A stretch of DNA of 32,000 bases, from positions 720,001-752,000 of the forward strand of contig OZ245049.1 of the NCBI GenBank assembly GCA_965224465.1, given 5' to 3'. Of the stretch, positions 29,401 through 32,000 are shown in pieces. This stretch comes from Flavobacteriaceae bacterium (GTDB taxonomy: Bacteria; Bacteroidota; Bacteroidia; Flavobacteriales; Flavobacteriaceae). The notes under the pieces were generated by a model, which worked only from the letters and a program-made list of their open reading frames with translations, did not search any database and was not told the DNA's origin. The translations under genes and the position numbers were made by a program. Positions within the stretch are counted from its first letter, which is position 1; the number at the start of each line of letters is the position of its first letter.

Positions 29401-31901
29401 TGTTGGTAAATAGCTTTTAGTTTTTTTGTAATGGCACTTGTATTCGCTTTTGAAGTATTTACCAATACTACGACCACTTCCTTTATGGCAATTTGGTATT
29501 GCATAAAAGCCCCTGCTATTTGGTATTTATCGCCTTGTTTTACTAAGGCTTGGGTTTCTATATCGGCATCGCTTAGCGTTCCTTTTAATTTCAACGTATA
29601 GGAAGTACTAGTACTATCTACTTTTTTCAGTCCTACACCATCTTTGGTTTTAAAAATAATGTCTTGAGGTTTTATACTATCGTTGGTTATTTTGAAATTG
29701 GCAACAATAAATTCTACCGTTCCTTTAGCTACCGCTTTGTAGGGCATGTAATAAGCTGACCCTAACTTTTTGTACAAGTCCTTGGTTTGTGGCTGGCTTG
29801 GGCTGTAGGCGTCGAATCCAGTGGGCAGTGTTGCAGTAGGCAGTTGGGTGAACGTTACGGTGACACCTTGTGCGGTGATGTTAGTGGCTTCTCCTTTGCT
29901 GTTTACGCCTGTGGTGTTTTCCACAGTGGTAGTACCGCCTTCGGCTTGTGGACCTAATTCGGTTACATTTCCTTGTTCGTCTACATGGTATTTTTTTGGT
30001 AGTACTGGTGGTTTTGCTTTGGAATCTCCGCTATCGGTTATTATATAGTCCTCTCCTCCAGACAATTCTACAATAGGTGCACCGCCTTTTCCTACTAATA
30101 ATATATCTCCGTTGCTTGGGTCTACTAGGATTTCTGCTATTTGGAAGTTGACTTCGCTGGTATTTACTTGTCCATCACCTCCATTAAATAGATCCCCTGT
30201 ACCCTTTACACTACTCCATGTAGGATCGTAGGTAGTTTTAACGACTCCTTCATACAATTCGTAATCCGTATTTATTTTAATTCCTTTAAACTCTACCGCT
30301 ATTTTGGTATCTGCTAAATAAGGAACTACAATATATCCCGTTCCAGAAAAAGTACCATTTCCTCCTTGTTTCTGTTTTACTGTCACAGGGAAATCTCCTG
30401 CCGTAAATGTTTCGTTCACGCCAATATTTGCCAATGGCTTAGTGTTGGTAATTTCAATTTCGGGGATAATACCACAGCTATAACTCACCGTTTCGTCCTT
30501 GGTAGGCATGGTAAACTGGTTTACATTGCTGTAAGTAAACGCTTGGTTTAAATCCGTTATCTCATGGCAAGTACCACCCACTCTAAAATCGTAGGTAACT
30601 CCTGCTTGTAAATTTGATACTTGGGCTTGGTTGTTATAAGAAAATATTTCGAACCATTCGGCATCGGCTACATCGGCACGTTTGTATTGTAAATGATACC
30701 TGTTGTGATCTGGATGTGTTTTCCAACTTATTTTCACACGCCCTGTATTTAGCGGTTCTGCCAAAGTCATGGTGGGTGGATAACACTGATTTGTATAGGT
30801 AAAATAAAATATTTCGCTATACCCATTGTTCTTAAAAACCGAGTTTTCGCTCAATCCTGTTGTAGATTTTGCGCGTACTCGCCAAGCATAGGTACGCCCT
30901 GGCATTAATGGAGGCTTGCTTATGTTGTACGATATGGTAGTGGAATAGGTAGTCTCCGAATGATAAGGAGGCGCTGCTAAAAATCCTGCTTGAGGATCTA
31001 TCTGCGTATCCCAAAGCTCACGCAGTTCAAACTCATAACTTACACCACTCGCATTGGCATGCCGTGGTGTCCATTGAAAAGTAATGTTGGTGGGTTGTAT
31101 ATTAGTCAATTGATCCCCTCGGTTGGGAATATTTAAAAAAGGAGGATCGTTTAACAGTAAAAAGATATTAGAACAGCCTCCCATTTTAGGATTGGAGATG
31201 CGTTGTCCTGATAAAAAATCGTAGACTTCCCAACATATTTTGTAGCGTCCATCAGGTAGTGGTCTGTTGTATTGTTGTGGACTAATGCCTATTAAATTAT
31301 GTAACTGAAAATAGGCTGCTAAATCTATGTTTGTAAATTGTTGTGTACTTTTCCCATTGAGGTAAATAAAAGGTGCTCCTTGTACAAAATTTACAGATTG
31401 TATATTGAGTCCCTGTCCTTGTATTTTTAATTTTAAGCGTATTTGACGGTTGCTAATATTGGCATCGTTCATGGTCAAATACAGCCGTAATTTTACAGCA
31501 GACGTTGTTGCATAACTGTTTAGTTTTGTGTTATAAGGGGGGACTATATTTTGACTTACTTGTACTGGGTGGAGTTGGGCCTGTGTAAGTTGGCAGGTTA
31601 GCAATAGGCAGAATGCAGTTAGCAGTTTTGCGGTGACAGTAGGCAGTTTTGCAGTTGGCAGTAGGCAGTTGAGCATCTTTGCGGTTAGAATAGGCAGTTG
31701 CTCTTTGTTGCGGTTATTTGCAGTAGGCGGAATGCAGTTGAGCAACTTTGCGGCAAAAGAAATTAAATATGTTGTACCATTTTTAAAGTTAGAATTTGGT
31801 TTTTTTTCACAACAGTGAGTACTGCCTACTGCCAATTTTAACCTCAACAATGCTCCTGCGTACTGCTTACTGAAAACTGCATACTCTATAAACTTTTTCA
31901 T
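26418..31901 (-). CDS. Large secreted polymorphic toxin with an internal HExxH zincin motif and a C-terminal AHH (HNH/EndoVII) nuclease module
   Basis: 5.5-kb ORF. A signal-peptide-like segment KLLTAFCLLLTCQLTQAQ follows an internal ATG at 31676, which may be the true start. Beta-rich, FN3-like segments are present (TNITFQWTPRH..., RVKISWKTHPDHNRYHLQYK...). HELAH lies at 29064..29078 and the AHH motif at 26751..26759. I saw no YD/Rhs repeats and no obvious T9SS C-terminal domain. Confidence 0.8.
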   Translation of the reverse strand: MKKFIEYAVFSKQYAGALLRLKLAVGSTHCCEKKPNSNFKNGTTYLISFAAKLLNCIPPTANNRNKEQLPILTAKMLNCLLPTAKLPTVTAKLLTAFCLLLTCQLTQAQLHPVQVSQNIVPPYNTKLNSYATTSAVKLRLYLTMNDANISNRQIRLKLKIQGQGLNIQSVNFVQGAPFIYLNGKSTQQFTNIDLAAYFQLHNLIGISPQQYNRPLPDGRYKICWEVYDFLSGQRISNPKMGGCSNIFLLLNDPPFLNIPNRGDQLTNIQPTNITFQWTPRHANASGVSYEFELRELWDTQIDPQAGFLAAPPYHSETTYSTTISYNISKPPLMPGRTYAWRVRAKSTTGLSENSVFKNNGYSEIFYFTYTNQCYPPTMTLAEPLNTGRVKISWKTHPDHNRYHLQYKRADVADAEWFEIFSYNNQAQVSNLQAGVTYDFRVGGTCHEITDLNQAFTYSNVNQFTMPTKDETVSYSCGIIPEIEITNTKPLANIGVNETFTAGDFPVTVKQKQGGNGTFSGTGYIVVPYLADTKIAVEFKGIKINTDYELYEGVVKTTYDPTWSSVKGTGDLFNGGDGQVNTSEVNFQIAEILVDPSNGDILLVGKGGAPIVELSGGEDYIITDSGDSKAKPPVLPKKYHVDEQGNVTELGPQAEGGTTTVENTTGVNSKGEATNITAQGVTVTFTQLPTATLPTGFDAYSPSQPQTKDLYKKLGSAYYMPYKAVAKGTVEFIVANFKITNDSIKPQDIIFKTKDGVGLKKVDSTSTSYTLKLKGTLSDADIETQALVKQGDKYQIAGAFMQYQIAIKEVVVVLVNTSKANTSAITKKLKAIYQQAAVSLNISVINDFTATLNSLTPDGTIKSGESGFAAQYTEQQRSINKALKEHGNFNPEAYYLILTDKQPVDASGNSNTESGLMPLGRQFGYIFTANSPPLGAGGITVAHELAHGAFQLKHPFSTHSYKYATGSTNWLLDYNNGENLPYVHWKAIHNPKLRIGIFDGDSEGESISSSYKKEQMDRILNHIKKTYAGEKTNLEWKDQIKKCSSSKVNGSIPCNLRGYYHHIFESTGLNFNLVQQPSGNIAQISIDNKSESLKVKKSRFLFLFNVFDIFYKLELSDGLGNKFVFQFDHHDDIENFCKTLGINGDNITLDNIEIEEEDIATEEDAKEMLGIPSDMTYEDYVKDNIIDLDKVVIIGSSISRTKVSKNIISWLDKKYLPYITDNLPDCGDIDLYFAEIPNFHIANTFNNKQLWNALKGLLICGVDERLVNEEKAVLTIIEGLGKQDETKFLDGLFSEKIEGKTVYRKIFEKLDDWGGDDNFTTYIHTLYYIWKESNYVKNNLEKNLEVIPYTSSKLVGFYTSDYKLYLNENAAQIKVIKNETEYVGSATNGMYGAMPNKFTTESLIGEFGIYQPVNLINYLEIDTNFNFPDKSPVLPLFILQAIASKNYTSNVENGIYLTIDVISTLSGVGNLAKLRHLRHLKTLKKLETLKIFVGAVEVSSGTLGTALEYSDCDTDLCKKMRTYLFVLEIVSLSGDALLGKALKRSADDVLEFNKSLIASEKLPDELVEDISKTSQRLLANTVGDIASIFPKLASKFDDWAHLGLNYNKIDDVVKITAQNGDEIARVVKNGSDEILEISDDFFKATGNNTTPITGMTSVKTSSGETIIGGGFVKNADGSIGFVEDVSSYGSKIVKNTIKHRGDLRGTISGIQSGQEAHHLFPVQLLKENATVKKAVEGGFDFNGVTNGMGLDKYSKATRLGKHGPHPSYTNQIGEHLNWWGEQVVNGVKNKNLNPQLTKQYIEGLSNSLENKINATSGRINLLDLNLPH
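31600..31884. repeat. Cluster of GC-rich GGCAGT/GCAGTT-type short repeats in both orientations at the 5' end of the toxin gene
   Basis: Imperfect repeats such as TAGGCAGAATGCAGTTAGCAGTTTTGCGG (31603..) and TAGGCGGAATGCAGTTGAGCAACTTTGCGG (31722..). Perfect 15-nt inverted pair at 31655..31669 and 31821..31835. Confidence 0.65.
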
Positions 31902-32000
31902 TTAGTACTGTATTTATTCTGGTTTTTAATCATGTAACCTAGGAGCTTTCCAACTTCTTCGGATTTATTATGTAATTCTTCTTTTATTTCTTTTGTTATG
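31898..32000 (-). CDS. 3' end of an upstream ORF (partial, unknown function)
   Basis: The open frame runs from the window edge (...ITKEIKEELHNKSEEVGKLLGYMIKNQNKYSTK*). Its TGA overlaps the ATG at 31901 as ATGA. It is only 33 codons, so this is weak evidence. Confidence 0.25.
   Translation of the reverse strand, partial: ITKEIKEELHNKSEEVGKLLGYMIKNQNKYSTK

Noticed and set aside
27281-31818. Short ORFs inside or antisense to the large toxin gene (27281..27532, 29821..30048, 30366..30551, 30614..30802, 30832..31014, 31633..31818)
   Set aside because: They are nested in a 5.5-kb ORF with coherent domain content. They show no motifs and no independent start signals.

Overview
AT-rich window, probably Bacteroidota/Flavobacteriia-like: TAnnTTTG -7 boxes, no Shine-Dalgarno sequences, and LPTA-type GC-rich repeats. 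Almost all of it is one structure. A 5.5-kb gene for a 1827-aa secreted polymorphic toxin (26418..31901, minus strand) carries an AHH-type HNH/EndoVII nuclease tip. It is followed head-to-tail by four tandem units of about 7.6-8.0 kb: D 19584..27173, C 11576..19583, B 4022..11575, and A 1..4021, which is cut by the window edge. Each unit carries a toxin C-terminal module with a cognate immunity-like gene, an XRE HTH regulator, and a large primase (CHC2 Zn finger + TOPRIM) fused to a P-loop NTPase. Each also carries two adjacent tyrosine-recombinase genes (one canonical, one with a degenerate catalytic set), a variable cargo slot (DUF1016/YhcG-like PD-(D/E)xK nuclease, or YefM-YoeB), and a conserved ~0.55-kb non-coding region rich in palindromes. 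Unit D's toxin module is fused in frame to the large gene. The toxin modules of C, B and A are displaced copies, each fused to a conserved signal-peptide-like leader. The main hypothesis is a family of self-contained integrative, possibly replicative, elements that insert at the pre-toxin/toxin junction (shared 9-mer TTGGCTAAT = LAN), exchange the toxin tip and accumulate as an array. Homologous exchange between units is directly visible as chimeric genes with narrow breakpoints. A localized toxin/immunity divergence island lies inside otherwise identical repeats. I found no rRNA, tRNA, CRISPR array or transposase. All family names come from motif reading by eye and need HMM or BLAST confirmation.
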